Of a stretch of 60,437 bases of DNA, positions 1 to 11,387 are shown piece by piece. Location: positions 1 through 60,437 of the forward strand of contig CANRNM010000001.1 of NCBI GenBank assembly GCA_947631975.1, written 5' to 3'. Each line of letters opens with the position of its first letter. Position 1 is the stretch's first letter. The notes beneath the pieces were generated by a model. That model did not search any database and was not told where the DNA came from. It saw only the letters and a program-made list of their open reading frames with translations. Made by a program: the position numbers and the translations under genes. The stretch is from an uncultured Clostridia bacterium (GTDB lineage: Bacteria; Bacillota; Clostridia; Lachnospirales; CAG-274).

Positions 1-2349
1 GAGCACAATGAAGAATCCATACTCACCTGCGGCGCGGAGGTACAGAAGGGCAACGCGCCTACGGAAAGAAAGATACAGAGACTTTTCAGAAATCACGAGG
101 TCAGCCGTATGATAAAGCGCTGCAACGACTTCGGCGCAGGAGGCGTATCGGTAGCTATAGGCGAGCTTGCCGACGGACTTGAAATAAATCTTGACCTTGT
201 GCCCAAGAAATACGAGGGACTTGACGGCACGGAGCTTGCCATATCCGAATCTCAGGAGAGAATGGCTGTAGTCGTAAAGCCCGAGGACGCGGACAGGTTT
301 ATAGAGCGCGCGAACGAGGAAAATCTCGAAGCAACAGTCGTTGCGGAGGTTACGGACGACAGAAGACTTAAAATGTTCTGGAACGGAAAGGACATAGTTA
401 ATATTTCACGAGATTTCCTCGATACAAACGGCGCTATGCAGTATACCAAGGTAGCTGTGGAGCAGCCTGCCGAGAAATATAAAGAAGGCGGATATACGGG
501 AAGTATAAAAGAACAGTGGCTTGCCGCTCTGTCCGATCTCAATGTGGCTTGTCAGAAGGGTCTTTCGGAACGCTTCGATTCGACCATAGGCGCAGGCACG
601 GTTCTTATGCCCTTCGGAGGCAAGAATCAGCTCACGCCCATAGAGGCTATGGCTGCAAAGGTGCCCGTATACGAGGGCGATACCAAAACGGCTACGCTTA
701 TGAGCTACGGCTATGATCCATCGGCGGCAAAATGGAGCCCGTATCACGGCGCGGTATATGCCGTTGTGGAATCCGTTGCCAAGGTCGTGGCTTCGGGCGG
801 CAATTATGACGGCTGCCGTCTTACCTTCCAGGAGTATTTTGAAAGGTTGGGAGATGCTCCCGAGAGATGGGGCAAGCCCTTCAGCGCTCTTTTGGGCGCT
901 CTTACGGCGCAGATGAAGCTGGGTACAGCCTCCATAGGCGGCAAGGACAGTATGTCGGGCACATTCAAGGATATGGATGTTCCGCCCACGCTGGTTTCGT
1001 TTGCCGTAAATGTTTCTGATACAGACACGGTTATTTCTCCCGAATTAAAGAATACCGACAGCACGCTTGTAAGAATAACCACAAACTATGACGAATACGA
1101 TATTCCCGACTTCGACGAGCTCATAAAGAATTTTGAGCTTGTAAGCGGTCTTATAAAGGCTAAAAAAGCAGTTTCCGCTCATACCGTGGGTATAGGCGGT
1201 ATAGCCGCAGCCTTGAGCAAAATGGCTTTCGGCAACGACATAGGCATAGTTATACATGACGATGACCTGTTCGGAAGCGGTTACGGCTCGTTCGTGCTTG
1301 AGATACCCAAGGGCGTGGATATCGAAAAGGAGCTTAAAGGCTTTGATTATAAGGTAATAGGCAGTACCACGGCGGAAGAAAGCTTCACGGTAAACGGCGA
1401 GACCATTACTATTGACGAGGCAAAAAGGGCTTGGTTCAAGCCTCTTGAAAAGATATTCCCCACAAAGCACTATGACAGCTTCGATAGATCCGATATAACG
1501 CTCAAAAGCTTTGAGGCTGTAACAAAGAAGCACATGGGCAAGGGCATAGCTGCTCCGAGAGTATTTATACCCGTGTTCCCGGGCACCAACTGCGAATACG
1601 ACACAAAGAAAGCCTTTGAAAGAGCGGGCGCAGTCGCAGATACACTTGTCATAGCAAATCTCAAAAAGGACTGGCTCATACAGAGCCTTGACAAAATGGC
1701 TGAAATGATAAGAAACAGCCAGATAATAATGATACCCGGAGGATTTTCCGCAGGCGACGAGCCCGAGGGCTCGGGCAAGTTCATTGCAGCCGTATTCAGA
1801 AATCCTGCCATAAAGGAAGCGACAATGGAGCTTCTCACAAAGCGAGACGGTCTTATGCTCGGCATATGCAACGGCTTCCAGGCTCTTATAAAGCTCGGTC
1901 TTGTGCCTTACGGCGAAATAAGAGACATGTCGGAAAACGCGCCTACGCTTACATTCAACACAATAGGCCGTCATGTGTCCTGCCTTGCGGATACAAAGAT
2001 AATTTCAAACAAATCGCCTTGGCTTTGGAATACCGAGCCGGGACAGATACACAAGGTGGCATTTTCACACGGCGAGGGCAGGTTTGTTGCCGATGAAGCC
2101 ACTATAAAGGCTCTCGAGGCAAACGGACAGATAGCCACGCAGTATGTGGACGCAAACGGCACGCCGAGCTATGATATAAGATATAATATAAACGGCTCCG
2201 TGTACGCCATAGAGGGCATAACAAGTCCCGACGGCAGAGTGTTCGGCAAGATGGGACACTCCGAGAGAATAGGAAACGGCGTATTCAAAAACGTTCCGGG
2301 CGAGAAGGATCAAAAGATATTCCTGTCGGGCGTTGAATATTTCAAGTAA
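1..2349 (+). CDS. purL: Phosphoribosylformylglycinamidine (FGAM) synthase, single-chain PurL type; 5' end lies outside the window
   Basis: Frame 1 is open from nt 1, with no stop before the first ATG at 109. A PurL/AIR-synthase-like body is followed by a class-I glutamine amidotransferase module (PGGFSAGDEP, GICNGFQAL, GHSER). Confidence 0.9.
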   Translation, partial: EHNEESILTCGAEVQKGNAPTERKIQRLFRNHEVSRMIKRCNDFGAGGVSVAIGELADGLEINLDLVPKKYEGLDGTELAISESQERMAVVVKPEDADRFIERANEENLEATVVAEVTDDRRLKMFWNGKDIVNISRDFLDTNGAMQYTKVAVEQPAEKYKEGGYTGSIKEQWLAALSDLNVACQKGLSERFDSTIGAGTVLMPFGGKNQLTPIEAMAAKVPVYEGDTKTATLMSYGYDPSAAKWSPYHGAVYAVVESVAKVVASGGNYDGCRLTFQEYFERLGDAPERWGKPFSALLGALTAQMKLGTASIGGKDSMSGTFKDMDVPPTLVSFAVNVSDTDTVISPELKNTDSTLVRITTNYDEYDIPDFDELIKNFELVSGLIKAKKAVSAHTVGIGGIAAALSKMAFGNDIGIVIHDDDLFGSGYGSFVLEIPKGVDIEKELKGFDYKVIGSTTAEESFTVNGETITIDEAKRAWFKPLEKIFPTKHYDSFDRSDITLKSFEAVTKKHMGKGIAAPRVFIPVFPGTNCEYDTKKAFERAGAVADTLVIANLKKDWLIQSLDKMAEMIRNSQIIMIPGGFSAGDEPEGSGKFIAAVFRNPAIKEATMELLTKRDGLMLGICNGFQALIKLGLVPYGEIRDMSENAPTLTFNTIGRHVSCLADTKIISNKSPWLWNTEPGQIHKVAFSHGEGRFVADEATIKALEANGQIATQYVDANGTPSYDIRYNINGSVYAIEGITSPDGRVFGKMGHSERIGNGVFKNVPGEKDQKIFLSGVEYFK

Positions 2350-2362
2350 GGGGAGGTAAAAT

Positions 2363-5300
2363 ATGATGTTAAAGAGATTTTTAAGCGGTGTTTTGGCAAT
2401 GTCGCTATTATTCGGTTCATTCGGAGGAACAACGGTCATGGCGGATACGGCAGCAAAAAGTGTGTCCATAACGGTCAATAAGGACGGCAGCGGTGATTTC
2501 ACATCCATTCAGGCGGCTGTCGATTCAATAAAGGACACGCCTACGGAAAAATACAGAGCTGTAATAAAGATATACCCCGGAGTATACACCGAGGAAGTAA
2601 CTGTAAATAAGCCCTATGTTACATTTTCAAACGCAAGCAGGAACGGCGAAGTCGCTATAGCCTACGACAAGGCTAACGGACATGCCGACCCCAAGAAAAA
2701 CTACGGCACCGACAAGACCGCCACTGTTACTGTTACTGCGGAGGCTGTGGGTTTTACGGCAGAAAACATTACATTTGTCAATTCCTACAATCTTACGGAA
2801 GGCTACGGAGCAGGCGCAAATAACGGCGAGAGAAATCAGACCCAGGCGGTAGCTCTTGAAACGCTCGCCGATAAGGTCGTGCTTGACAGCTGCAAGATGA
2901 TAGGCAGACAGGATACTCTCTATCTCAAGGGCGCCTCAAAGGGACAGCAGGTCTCGGGCTCTGCCAATCCCGCAAGAGTGTATCTCAAGAATTGTTATGT
3001 AGAAGGAACGGTAGATTTTATTTTTGGCGACGCAACGGCATTTTTCGATAATTGCGAGCTTAATATGGTATATTATAAAAACGGCGGGCATTTTTCTGCG
3101 CCCAACACGACATTATATAATATAGGCTATGTTTTCAGTAATTGTATTTTAAATGTCGATAAGGCTTACACGGCTGATTATGCGGAAAAGATAGACCTCG
3201 GCAGACCTTGGCAGTGCGACAGCGCTTATCCCAATTCGGGCTCCAATTCCGTTTATATCAACTGTACAATGCCCGAGCTGATGAAGGAAGAAGGCTTCAG
3301 CCTTTGGGATTCCTCATCCATGGCAAAGAAAGTCAGATTTATGGAATACGGCTCGAGGTATGCAAACGGCAGAGCTGTCGATCTCAGCAAGAGAGCCGAT
3401 TTTGTGAAGGTGCTCACACAGGAGCAGGCAGACGGCTACACGGCTTATAATGTGCTTAAGGGAAGCGACAACTGGGATCCCTCCGGCTCGAAAACCAATA
3501 CATCCTGCTGTGATGTTACATTAAACAGCTATGATATTTCAATACCCATGGGCGAAGGCTTCAGCCTTAAGGCATATACCGTGCCTATGGAAATAAGCGA
3601 CAAAATAAGCTATCAAAGCGCAGACGCTTCTATAGTCTCAATAGACGCCGACGGCAATATAACGGGTCTCAAAGAGGGCAAAACGGTCATATGCGCCCAA
3701 AATTCAAAGGGACTCAAAACATATGCCGATGTGGAGGTTACCGCCGCAAGAACGGCTGTACCCACTGTTTCGGATATAAAGATAACAAACGAAAGCAATC
3801 TTGTGCCGGGTCAGAACCTTATAGCAAATTACAGCTATGAGCTTGAAAGCGACAACGCAATAGACGCGGCAAAGCTCCGCTGGTGCGCCGTTAATGATGA
3901 CAACTGCATCATACTCAAGGAGGGCGTGGGCGAGTATTACGAAAGCTACACCATAGCTCCCGAGGATATAGGCTACAGCATAAGGCTTGATGTATATCCT
4001 GCCACAAAGACCACATACGGAGTATACGGCGCGGTAAGCTCATACACCACAGCAAACGCTGTGAAGGCGAAAAACGGCGAGAGCGGCGCAATATACAGAA
4101 CAGACTTTGACAATACCGACGGCTGGAGCACTGCGGGCACATGGAATACCGTAAATAAATATGACAACAGATTTGTTGCCGCAGCCTGCGACAGCAACGA
4201 TATGTCCTATATGGAATATTCAAACGGCTATGACTTAGACAACATAGACTTAAAGGGCAGATTCAGATTCAATCCCGAAAGAAAGGGCTTAAGCTCCGAC
4301 GGATATTACAATATCTATTTCAACAGAAGCAAGGATGCAAGCTCTTACTATGTTCTTAAGGTGGGCAGAGGAAGCAACACAAAGAGTCTCATACTCACGC
4401 TCTGTAAGGTCGTAAACGGCGTTGAAACGGAGCTTGCAAAGGATGCCGACAGCCTTAAGAACAATATCCTCCAGAATGCGGGAGAGGAAAATCCCTATTT
4501 CATGATAGAGGTAAGCAAGAACGACAGCGATATAGAAGCCTATTTCTATATCGAGGGCATAAGCAAGCACATGGCTAAGCTCAGCGCAAAGGACAGCGCT
4601 CCCGTAGGCGCGGGCACAATAGCCTTTGAAGCGGGCGGAGACGACGATGTCGTCATGATGGACAGCATAAGTGTGCGCAAAAATGAAGATGTAAGCAATG
4701 AGGACAAAACAAAGATATATATCATGGGCGACTCAACCGCCGTTGCTTATGGCGACGACAACACCATAGGCGGCTGGGGCGAATATCTTGTCAACTATTT
4801 CGACAGCAATGTCGAGATAATAAACAAGGCTGAAGGCGGCAGAAGCGCGCGTTCTTATCTCAATCAAGGCAGATTGAGAGAGGTCTATGAACAGGTAGGC
4901 CCCGGCGACTATGTTTTCATACAGTTCGGCACAAACGACCAGAGAACCGATGAAAACGCCTTTATGGAGCATGCCGTAATGCTCGGCGAGCCCGACAGCA
5001 GCGGAAAATATCCCGTTATACCTGCCATAAAGACAAAGACGCCTCAGTATATATATGATTTCTATAAGAATACCGACTATCCCTACGGCGAGACCTTCTA
5101 TCCCTATGAGAGCGGTACGTTCAAGTGGTATATGCTCCAGCATGTCCGGGAGATAAAGAAGACGGGCGCAACCCCCGTTCTCCTTACGCCCATGTGCAGG
5201 ATATTCTTTGACAGCGAGGGAAAAATAACTCCGCACTTCGGCGAAAAGGACGGATATATTGAAGCCATAAGACAGCTTGCCGAGGAAGAGGACATAGTGT

Positions 5301-6562
5301 GCATAGATATGTACGATATCACAAAGTCGCTCTATGAAAGCTACGGCGTAATGACTACGCAGGGACTTCACAACATAAAGTCCGATGGTACGGTCGACCT
5401 TACGCACTACAATAAATTCGGCGCAAACCTCATAGCAAGCAAAATGGCAGACGCCATTAAAAATTCCGTGCTCACGGTCAGAAAGGATGTAATAGCCTCG
5501 GGCGTAGCGGTAAGCAGAACTGACGCTTTAAAGACGGCAAATCTCTTTGTGCTCGGCTCGACTGCGGCTGCTGGCGCCGACAACTCCGATATGGCTGTCA
5601 GCTCGGGAGGCTACGGCGACTACTTCGGCAAGTATCTTTCGCCCAAGATAACGGTTAAAAATCTTGCCGTTCAGGGCGCTACCACAAGAAGCTATATAGA
5701 CACCGATGAATACAAGTCGTTTATATCGGAACTCAACGAGGGCGATTATGTATTCATAAACTTCGGCGAGACGGACGGAAAGGCGGGCGAGGATTACGCT
5801 TATCCTTCCGACAGCGAGACCGACAAGAGCTCCTACAGCTATTATCTCTATAATTACTATATTAAGCCCGTTGCCGACAAAAAAGCCGTGGCTGTAGTCA
5901 TGACGCCTTATTCGCCCAGAAGGTTTGTAAACGGCGAATATGCTCCCGCAGCCAATCCCTATGTTCAGAATACTATCTCAATGGTACAGAAGTATTACCC
6001 GGCTTATGTAAACCTCAACAGCGTTACTGCCGAGCTTTATAAGACCATGGGCGAGGAGGGCAGCAAGGCGCTCAACGCCTACAGCAGAAAAACAGGCATA
6101 GACAACAATGTTCTAAGCAGCTTCGGCGCAGAGCTTGTTGCCAAAAAGATACTCACAATGATGCAGCAGTCCTCGGCTTCTCTCAAGGATTATATTGATT
6201 CCGAGGCGGTAAAGGCATCGCCCAATATGACAAAGGCAGATTTTGTCAAGATGACGGCAGACGCAATAGCTCTTAAGGAAAATACAGCCAATAACTTCGA
6301 CGATGTGAGCGAAGGCAAGTATTATTCGGGAGCTGTGGGCGCGGCTAAAGCCGCAGGCATAATAAAAGCCGAAACAGGCAACGCTTATAAGCCCGAAACG
6401 CCCATAACGGGAGCGGAAGCGTCCGATATTATAAAGAATACGCTCAAATACCTTGATGCCGATGCGGATATGTCCGATGTATACGAGCTTTTGAAGGGCG
6501 AAACCGTATCTTTTGAAATAGGTGTCTGGGCGATAGACAGACTTTATGAGGAGTTAAACTGA
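2363..6562 (+). CDS. Secreted multidomain pectin-modifying enzyme: signal peptide, CE8 pectin methylesterase, Ig-like region, SGNH/GDSL esterase, a second degenerate SGNH-like module, and a C-terminal SLH-like anchor
   Basis: N-terminal signal peptide [29 protein letters not shown]8 signatures [19 protein letters not shown] and LGRPW. SGNH blocks [19 protein letters not shown] and DLTHYN (about nt 4710-5470). A second copy has altered blocks ([20 protein letters not shown]). The C-terminal segment [25 protein letters not shown]...[12 protein letters not shown] is SLH-like. Confidence 0.8.
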   Translation: MMLKRFLSGVLAMSLLFGSFGGTTVMADTAAKSVSITVNKDGSGDFTSIQAAVDSIKDTPTEKYRAVIKIYPGVYTEEVTVNKPYVTFSNASRNGEVAIAYDKANGHADPKKNYGTDKTATVTVTAEAVGFTAENITFVNSYNLTEGYGAGANNGERNQTQAVALETLADKVVLDSCKMIGRQDTLYLKGASKGQQVSGSANPARVYLKNCYVEGTVDFIFGDATAFFDNCELNMVYYKNGGHFSAPNTTLYNIGYVFSNCILNVDKAYTADYAEKIDLGRPWQCDSAYPNSGSNSVYINCTMPELMKEEGFSLWDSSSMAKKVRFMEYGSRYANGRAVDLSKRADFVKVLTQEQADGYTAYNVLKGSDNWDPSGSKTNTSCCDVTLNSYDISIPMGEGFSLKAYTVPMEISDKISYQSADASIVSIDADGNITGLKEGKTVICAQNSKGLKTYADVEVTAARTAVPTVSDIKITNESNLVPGQNLIANYSYELESDNAIDAAKLRWCAVNDDNCIILKEGVGEYYESYTIAPEDIGYSIRLDVYPATKTTYGVYGAVSSYTTANAVKAKNGESGAIYRTDFDNTDGWSTAGTWNTVNKYDNRFVAAACDSNDMSYMEYSNGYDLDNIDLKGRFRFNPERKGLSSDGYYNIYFNRSKDASSYYVLKVGRGSNTKSLILTLCKVVNGVETELAKDADSLKNNILQNAGEENPYFMIEVSKNDSDIEAYFYIEGISKHMAKLSAKDSAPVGAGTIAFEAGGDDDVVMMDSISVRKNEDVSNEDKTKIYIMGDSTAVAYGDDNTIGGWGEYLVNYFDSNVEIINKAEGGRSARSYLNQGRLREVYEQVGPGDYVFIQFGTNDQRTDENAFMEHAVMLGEPDSSGKYPVIPAIKTKTPQYIYDFYKNTDYPYGETFYPYESGTFKWYMLQHVREIKKTGATPVLLTPMCRIFFDSEGKITPHFGEKDGYIEAIRQLAEEEDIVCIDMYDITKSLYESYGVMTTQGLHNIKSDGTVDLTHYNKFGANLIASKMADAIKNSVLTVRKDVIASGVAVSRTDALKTANLFVLGSTAAAGADNSDMAVSSGGYGDYFGKYLSPKITVKNLAVQGATTRSYIDTDEYKSFISELNEGDYVFINFGETDGKAGEDYAYPSDSETDKSSYSYYLYNYYIKPVADKKAVAVVMTPYSPRRFVNGEYAPAANPYVQNTISMVQKYYPAYVNLNSVTAELYKTMGEEGSKALNAYSRKTGIDNNVLSSFGAELVAKKILTMMQQSSASLKDYIDSEAVKASPNMTKADFVKMTADAIALKENTANNFDDVSEGKYYSGAVGAAKAAGIIKAETGNAYKPETPITGAEASDIIKNTLKYLDADADMSDVYELLKGETVSFEIGVWAIDRLYEELN

Positions 6563-6563
6563 A

Positions 6564-7316
6564 ATGAAATTTATATCCTGGAATGTAAACGGTTTAAGAG
6601 CGTGCGTCGGTAAAAACTTCATGGATTTTTTTAAAGATATCGACGCCGATATATTCTCAATACAGGAGACAAAGCTTCAGGAAGGGCAGATAGACATAGC
6701 CCTTGACGGCTATGAACAGTACTGGAATTATGCCGAAAAGAAGGGCTACTCCGGAGTTGCTGTTTTCACAAAGCTAAAGCCCCTTTCCGTAAGCTATGGC
6801 ATAGGCATAGAAAAGCACGACCGCGAGGGCAGGGTAATAACGCTTGAATTTGAGGACTTCTACTATGTGACCTGCTATACTCCCAACTCGCAGAACGAGC
6901 TTGCCCGTCTGGATTACAGAATGGAATGGGAGGACGATTTCAGGGCGTATCTCAAAGCTCTTGACGCCAAAAAGCCCGTTATACTCTGCGGAGACCTCAA
7001 TGTAGCTCACAACGAGATAGACCTTAAAAATCCCAAGACCAACAGAAAAAATGCGGGCTTTACGGATGAGGAAAGAGGCAAGTTCTCGGAGCTTCTCTCG
7101 GCAGGCTTTATAGACAGCTTCAGATATTTCTATCCCGATATGGAAAATATATACAGCTGGTGGAGCTATCGCTTCAGAGCCAGAGAAAAGAATGCGGGCT
7201 GGCGTATTGACTACTATGTCGTAAGCGAAAGATTCAAGGACAGACTCAAGGATGCCAAAATACACACGGAGGTATTCGGCTCCGACCATTGCCCCGTAGA
7301 GCTTGAAATAAGGTGA
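6564..7316 (+). CDS. xth: Exodeoxyribonuclease III (AP endonuclease, EEP fold)
   Basis: 250 aa. [14 protein letters not shown]-terminus, QETK, GDLNVAH and a C-terminal SDHCPV motif are typical of the ExoIII/ExoA family. Confidence 0.9.
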   Translation: MKFISWNVNGLRACVGKNFMDFFKDIDADIFSIQETKLQEGQIDIALDGYEQYWNYAEKKGYSGVAVFTKLKPLSVSYGIGIEKHDREGRVITLEFEDFYYVTCYTPNSQNELARLDYRMEWEDDFRAYLKALDAKKPVILCGDLNVAHNEIDLKNPKTNRKNAGFTDEERGKFSELLSAGFIDSFRYFYPDMENIYSWWSYRFRAREKNAGWRIDYYVVSERFKDRLKDAKIHTEVFGSDHCPVELEIR

Positions 7317-7320
7317 TGCC

Positions 7321-7629
7321 ATGCACAGCGTTATAAGCCCCGTAGAGGCTAAAAAAATGATGGATACCAAAAGCGATATAGCCATTATAGATGTGAGAGA
7401 TGAGGACGAGCTTGCGGAGGGCTATATCGAAAATTCCGTTCTCGTGCCTCTTGACAGCCTTGAAGATAATATAACAAGCGTCATAGAGGATAAGGACAAA
7501 ACCATACTCGTATATTGCAGAAGCGGCAGAAGAAGCGCTGCCGCCTGCGATATACTGGACAGTCTGGGCTATACCGATGTGTATGACTTCGGAGGCATCA
7601 TAGACTGGCCTTTTGAAAAAATACTGTGA
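7321..7629 (+). CDS. Single-domain rhodanese-like sulfurtransferase
   Basis: 102 aa with the active-site loop VYCRSGRRS and the IIDVRDEDE pattern of rhodanese domains. Confidence 0.8.
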   Translation: MHSVISPVEAKKMMDTKSDIAIIDVRDEDELAEGYIENSVLVPLDSLEDNITSVIEDKDKTILVYCRSGRRSAAACDILDSLGYTDVYDFGGIIDWPFEKIL

Positions 7630-7635
7630 AAAAGG

Positions 7636-7668
7636 GGAGCAGGGCGCGGACCTTGCTCCTTTTGTTTT
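7636..7668 (+). terminator. Rho-independent terminator after the rhodanese gene
   Basis: A 9-bp GC-rich stem (GGAGCAGGG / CCTTGCTCC, one G:U pair) with a 6-nt loop, followed by TTTTGTTTT. Confidence 0.6.
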
Positions 7669-7786
7669 ATGACTTGTTCAAAAAGCTGTTCTGTATGTTT
7701 TTCATAAATAAAATAAAGTTATATTTGCATATTATATAAAAAATACAGTTATAATTCATAAAAATACACAAAATTGCACTATTTCA

Positions 7787-7816
7787 ATTGACATTATTTA
7801 ATAATAAGAGTAAAAT
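7787..7816 (+). promoter_or_regulatory. Candidate sigma-A type promoter for the pilus operon
   Basis: TTGACA (7787-7792), an 18-nt spacer, then TAAAAT (7811-7816). It sits in the AT-rich gap upstream of pilD. Confidence 0.35.
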
Positions 7817-7883
7817 ATAATAGAGTAATTGTAAAAAATAATGTTCCCGAATTAATTTGAGGTACATGAAACGGAGATATGAT

Positions 7884-8654
7884 ATGATAGTTCTGAGCTT
7901 GGTACTTTTTGCGTTATGTATTTTCCTTATGGGCGGTTCGGTGTATTCGTTTGTAAATCTTGTTGCCGACAGGCTTCCCGAAAACAAGCCCATAGCGCTG
8001 GGAAGAAGTCAATGCGACAACTGCGGCAGAGTGCTCGGTGTCTTGGATATGATACCTGTTTTTTCATATATTTTCCTTAGAGGAAAATGCAGAAGCTGCA
8101 AAAGCCCTCTCTCGCTCAAATATTTTCTCACGGAGCTTGCGGGCGGAATCCTTGCCCTCTATATGACATATATATATTGGGGCAGCTGGCTTCAGCTTGC
8201 GGCAGGCTACATATTTGTGGCAATACTCGCCTGCGTACTGCTTATTGATATGGCAACTATGTCAATACCAGACAGACTTGTCATCGCTATGGCGGTGCTG
8301 AGCGTTATATCCGTCTTTATATTCAGAGATATAGATATTTTATCCAGAATAATAGGCTTTTTCTCCGTCAGTGCGCCCATGCTTATAATAGCGCTTCTTA
8401 TAGACGGAGCCTTCGGCGGAGGAGATATAAAGCTTATGGCATTCACGGGCTTTTTCCTAGGCTGGCAGCTCAATCTTCTGTCGTTCTTCATAGCTATAAT
8501 AACGGCGGGCATATATGCGGTCGTGCTTCTCGCGCGCTATAAAAAGGGCGAGGACAGGCATTTTGCCTTCGGACCTTTTCTTGCGGTCAGCTGTACAATA
8601 GCGTTTTTCTGGGGAAAAGAAATATTGAATTGGTATATAGGTTTATTTATGTAA
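7884..8654 (+). CDS. pilD: Prepilin peptidase (A24 aspartyl peptidase / type IV leader peptidase)
   Basis: Zinc-type CDNCGRVL...CRSCKS pair, multiple TM helices, GGGDIKLM motif. The start at 7884 is preferred because GGAG lies 7 nt upstream; 7857 (TTG) and 7866 (ATG) are possible. Confidence 0.8.
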   Translation: MIVLSLVLFALCIFLMGGSVYSFVNLVADRLPENKPIALGRSQCDNCGRVLGVLDMIPVFSYIFLRGKCRSCKSPLSLKYFLTELAGGILALYMTYIYWGSWLQLAAGYIFVAILACVLLIDMATMSIPDRLVIAMAVLSVISVFIFRDIDILSRIIGFFSVSAPMLIIALLIDGAFGGGDIKLMAFTGFFLGWQLNLLSFFIAIITAGIYAVVLLARYKKGEDRHFAFGPFLAVSCTIAFFWGKEILNWYIGLFM

Positions 8655-8693
8655 GACCTTTAAATATAAAAATCAACTTATGGTGGTGAAACA

Positions 8694-9899
8694 ATGACAA
8701 CTTACAAATATACTGCGCAGGATGAAAACGGCAAAAAAATTAGCCGCAGCGTGGATGTGAACAATCCTACGGAGCTTTATCAGTATGTCCAGCAGAACAA
8801 TCAGATACTTGTGTCATACAAGGAAGTACATAAGAGGACCAGAAGCAGAAGGCTTAGCTTCAGAGATTTGGGCGACTTCTGCCGTCAGCTCGGAACTATG
8901 CAGGCTTCGGGTATTTCGCTCGTGCGTGCGCTCAATATCATTACTCACAGCGAATCTCTAAAGCAATGGCAAAGAGACATATACACAAGGCTTATGAACT
9001 CCGTTATACAGGGCAATTCTCTTTCGACCGCTATGGAGGAGATAAACGGCGCTTTTCCCGAGCTTCTTATCAATATGTATAAGACAGCCGAGATGAGCGG
9101 TAACCTTGAAAAAACATCCATGCAGATGTGCGATTACTATGAAAAGCAATATCTTCTCAACAAGAAGGTAACATCTTCGCTTGTTTATCCCGGCATACTT
9201 ATCGCGCTTGTTATAGTAGTTGTTATTTTCCTTGTTACATTCATCATACCTCAGCTGGAGCCCGTGCTCAGCACTCTTGAATCCATGCCTCTGCCCACGA
9301 GAATACTCCTCGGTTCTTCTCATTTTGTGATCGACCACTGGATAATCATTCTCTTTGTTGTGGCTGTGGCTGCCGTAATATTTGCATATCTTATGAAACA
9401 GCGTTCCTTTAGGATAAAGTTTGACAAAATGCTTGTGCATCTTCCCTATTTCGGCAAGCTTTTCAAGACGGTCTATACTGCCAGATTTGCAAGAACGATA
9501 GCTTCTCTTTATGCATCGGGTCTGCCGATAGTCAGCGCTCTTTCCGTCGGCGGCAGGACCGTAGGCAACAAATATGTTGAAAGTCAGTTTGAGGACGTAG
9601 TAATGAAGGTAAGAGCAGGTCAGTCGCTTTCAAACGTTATAAGCGGCGTGGACGGCTTTGTGAGCAAGCTTGCGGATACCACATTGGTCGGTGAGGAAAC
9701 GGGTAAGCTTGCGGATATGCTTGTTTCAACATCCGACACTCTCGATTACGAGGCGGATATCGCCATCACCAAGCTTGTTACAAGTATGGAGCCCGTGCTT
9801 ATCATCGTAATGGGCTTGCTTGTCGGCTTTGTTATGGTTTCCGTTCTTCTGCCTATCTATCAGTCTTATTCGGCTGTCGGCGCGCAGGGCGGAATTTAA
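8694..9899 (+). CDS. pilC: Type IV pilus / T2SS platform protein (GspF/PilC family)
   Basis: 401 aa with duplicated GspF-type cytoplasmic domains separated by TM helices. It lies inside the pilD...pilB-pilT cluster. Confidence 0.85.
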   Translation: MTTYKYTAQDENGKKISRSVDVNNPTELYQYVQQNNQILVSYKEVHKRTRSRRLSFRDLGDFCRQLGTMQASGISLVRALNIITHSESLKQWQRDIYTRLMNSVIQGNSLSTAMEEINGAFPELLINMYKTAEMSGNLEKTSMQMCDYYEKQYLLNKKVTSSLVYPGILIALVIVVVIFLVTFIIPQLEPVLSTLESMPLPTRILLGSSHFVIDHWIIILFVVAVAAVIFAYLMKQRSFRIKFDKMLVHLPYFGKLFKTVYTARFARTIASLYASGLPIVSALSVGGRTVGNKYVESQFEDVVMKVRAGQSLSNVISGVDGFVSKLADTTLVGEETGKLADMLVSTSDTLDYEADIAITKLVTSMEPVLIIVMGLLVGFVMVSVLLPIYQSYSAVGAQGGI

Positions 9900-9923
9900 C
9901 GACTAAGGAAGGAAGGTATCACA

Positions 9924-11375
9924 ATGATCTCAGTCCATTTGGGTAATGAAGAAATGTACGCTATTTTAGCGTCGGGAAGCGGAAAAAATATAACCGTAAA
10001 TAATATTTATACTATGCCTGTAAGTCAGGGCGCCATAATGAACGGCGTTATTGTCAACGAGGACGCTCTTAAAGCCGATATTTCAAAGTTCTGGGAAGAA
10101 AACAAGCTTCCCCGCAAGGATGTAAACGTAGTGGTAAAGGGCAAGCAGATAACCATGAAAAATGTTGTTCTGCCTCTCGTCAAGGAAAAGAACGCCTTTG
10201 ATCTCGTATCCATGGAGTTTTCAAATGTGGAGAAAAATAACCCCGTATTTGACTATATGGTGCTTGATGAGGACAAGAAAACAAAGAAGATGAATACCCT
10301 TGCCGTAATAACAGAGGCAGATTTCATAAAGAGCTACATAAGCATTTTTTCGGAGCTTAAGATAAAGCTCAGCTGTATTTCAAACGATATCATAAATATA
10401 GTTAAGCTCTTTAATAATATTGATACCGAGCTTAAGGGCGAAACGGCGCTTTTGCAGTTCTTGGACGGCAATAATATTGTGAGCATCATACTGTCGCAGG
10501 GTGAATATAAGTATTCCCAGAGTACCAGAATTTTCAGCGACAGAGACACGGCTGACTTTGTTTCCGAGGTGGTAAACTCCATAAGTACTATAAAGCAGTT
10601 CTATATGTCCACCTACAAGGAGGATATAAACAAGGTCTATCTGGGCGGAATAAGCGCGGAAACTCTCGAAAAGATAGGTTTGTCGCTCTCTATTTACAAT
10701 ACCGAGGCATTTCCCGTGCCCGAATCCGATAATATCAACTTCAAGACGGACGGAAACCTCAGCAGCTACGCCATGGGTATAGGCGCTTTTATAGAGTCCA
10801 AAAAGGATATAAACCTTTTCAAAAGATTCAGCGCCGAGGTCAACGAAAAGAAAACGAGCTTCCTGCCCGACACAAGGCTTATCGCGGGCGCAGGCGTTCT
10901 TGTGGGTTTTATAGTGATTGCAAGCGTTATACTGCTTGTGAGGAATCATTTGCTCACAAAGTCGCTTGAGGAGTGCAATGCTTACATAAACGACGCACAG
11001 AATCAGAAGATGGTGTCCGACTCGGCAAATGTCGTCGCAGAAAACGAAAGGCTTGAAAAGAATATACAGACCCTTGCCGACCAAAAAACGGTAATAAGGA
11101 CATATCCTATGTTCAACACGACTATAAAAAATATGATAATGGCTACGCAGGACAGCATTACAAGCTTTAAAATACTTAGGGTCGATACCGACTCGGGTAC
11201 GGTCAGAATAGAGGCTACCTGCGGCGTTGCCAACTTCAACAGCGCGATAGTGGATAAGCTCAACACAACGGGGCTTTTTGAAAACGTGGATTATACGGGC
11301 TATACATTTGACGAGAACGAGAGCGTTTATAAGGTGAATGTAAACTGTATTCTTAAAGAAAGCATAGGACAGTAA
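9924..11375 (+). CDS. pilM: PilM-like actin-fold assembly protein fused to a TM segment and a PilN-like extracytoplasmic domain
   Basis: 483 aa. The N-terminal ~300 aa resemble PilM. A single TM helix (LIAGAGVLVGFIVIASVILLV) is followed by a coiled-coil and a C-terminal domain. The call relies on position between pilC and pilO/pilB and is motif-poor. Confidence 0.55.
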   Translation: MISVHLGNEEMYAILASGSGKNITVNNIYTMPVSQGAIMNGVIVNEDALKADISKFWEENKLPRKDVNVVVKGKQITMKNVVLPLVKEKNAFDLVSMEFSNVEKNNPVFDYMVLDEDKKTKKMNTLAVITEADFIKSYISIFSELKIKLSCISNDIINIVKLFNNIDTELKGETALLQFLDGNNIVSIILSQGEYKYSQSTRIFSDRDTADFVSEVVNSISTIKQFYMSTYKEDINKVYLGGISAETLEKIGLSLSIYNTEAFPVPESDNINFKTDGNLSSYAMGIGAFIESKKDINLFKRFSAEVNEKKTSFLPDTRLIAGAGVLVGFIVIASVILLVRNHLLTKSLEECNAYINDAQNQKMVSDSANVVAENERLEKNIQTLADQKTVIRTYPMFNTTIKNMIMATQDSITSFKILRVDTDSGTVRIEATCGVANFNSAIVDKLNTTGLFENVDYTGYTFDENESVYKVNVNCILKESIGQ

Positions 11376-11387
11376 GGAGGAAGATGT

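Noticed and set aside
1045-1974. A long antisense ORF (309 aa) inside purL. Similar antisense ORFs occur at 4733-5407, 10380-11084, 12130-12783, 22984-24246, 29431-30363 and 31220-31885.
   Set aside because: Each lies entirely opposite a confidently identified conserved gene. Each has Cys/Tyr/Arg-rich, low-plausibility composition and lacks an RBS and recognisable motifs. These are shadow ORFs.
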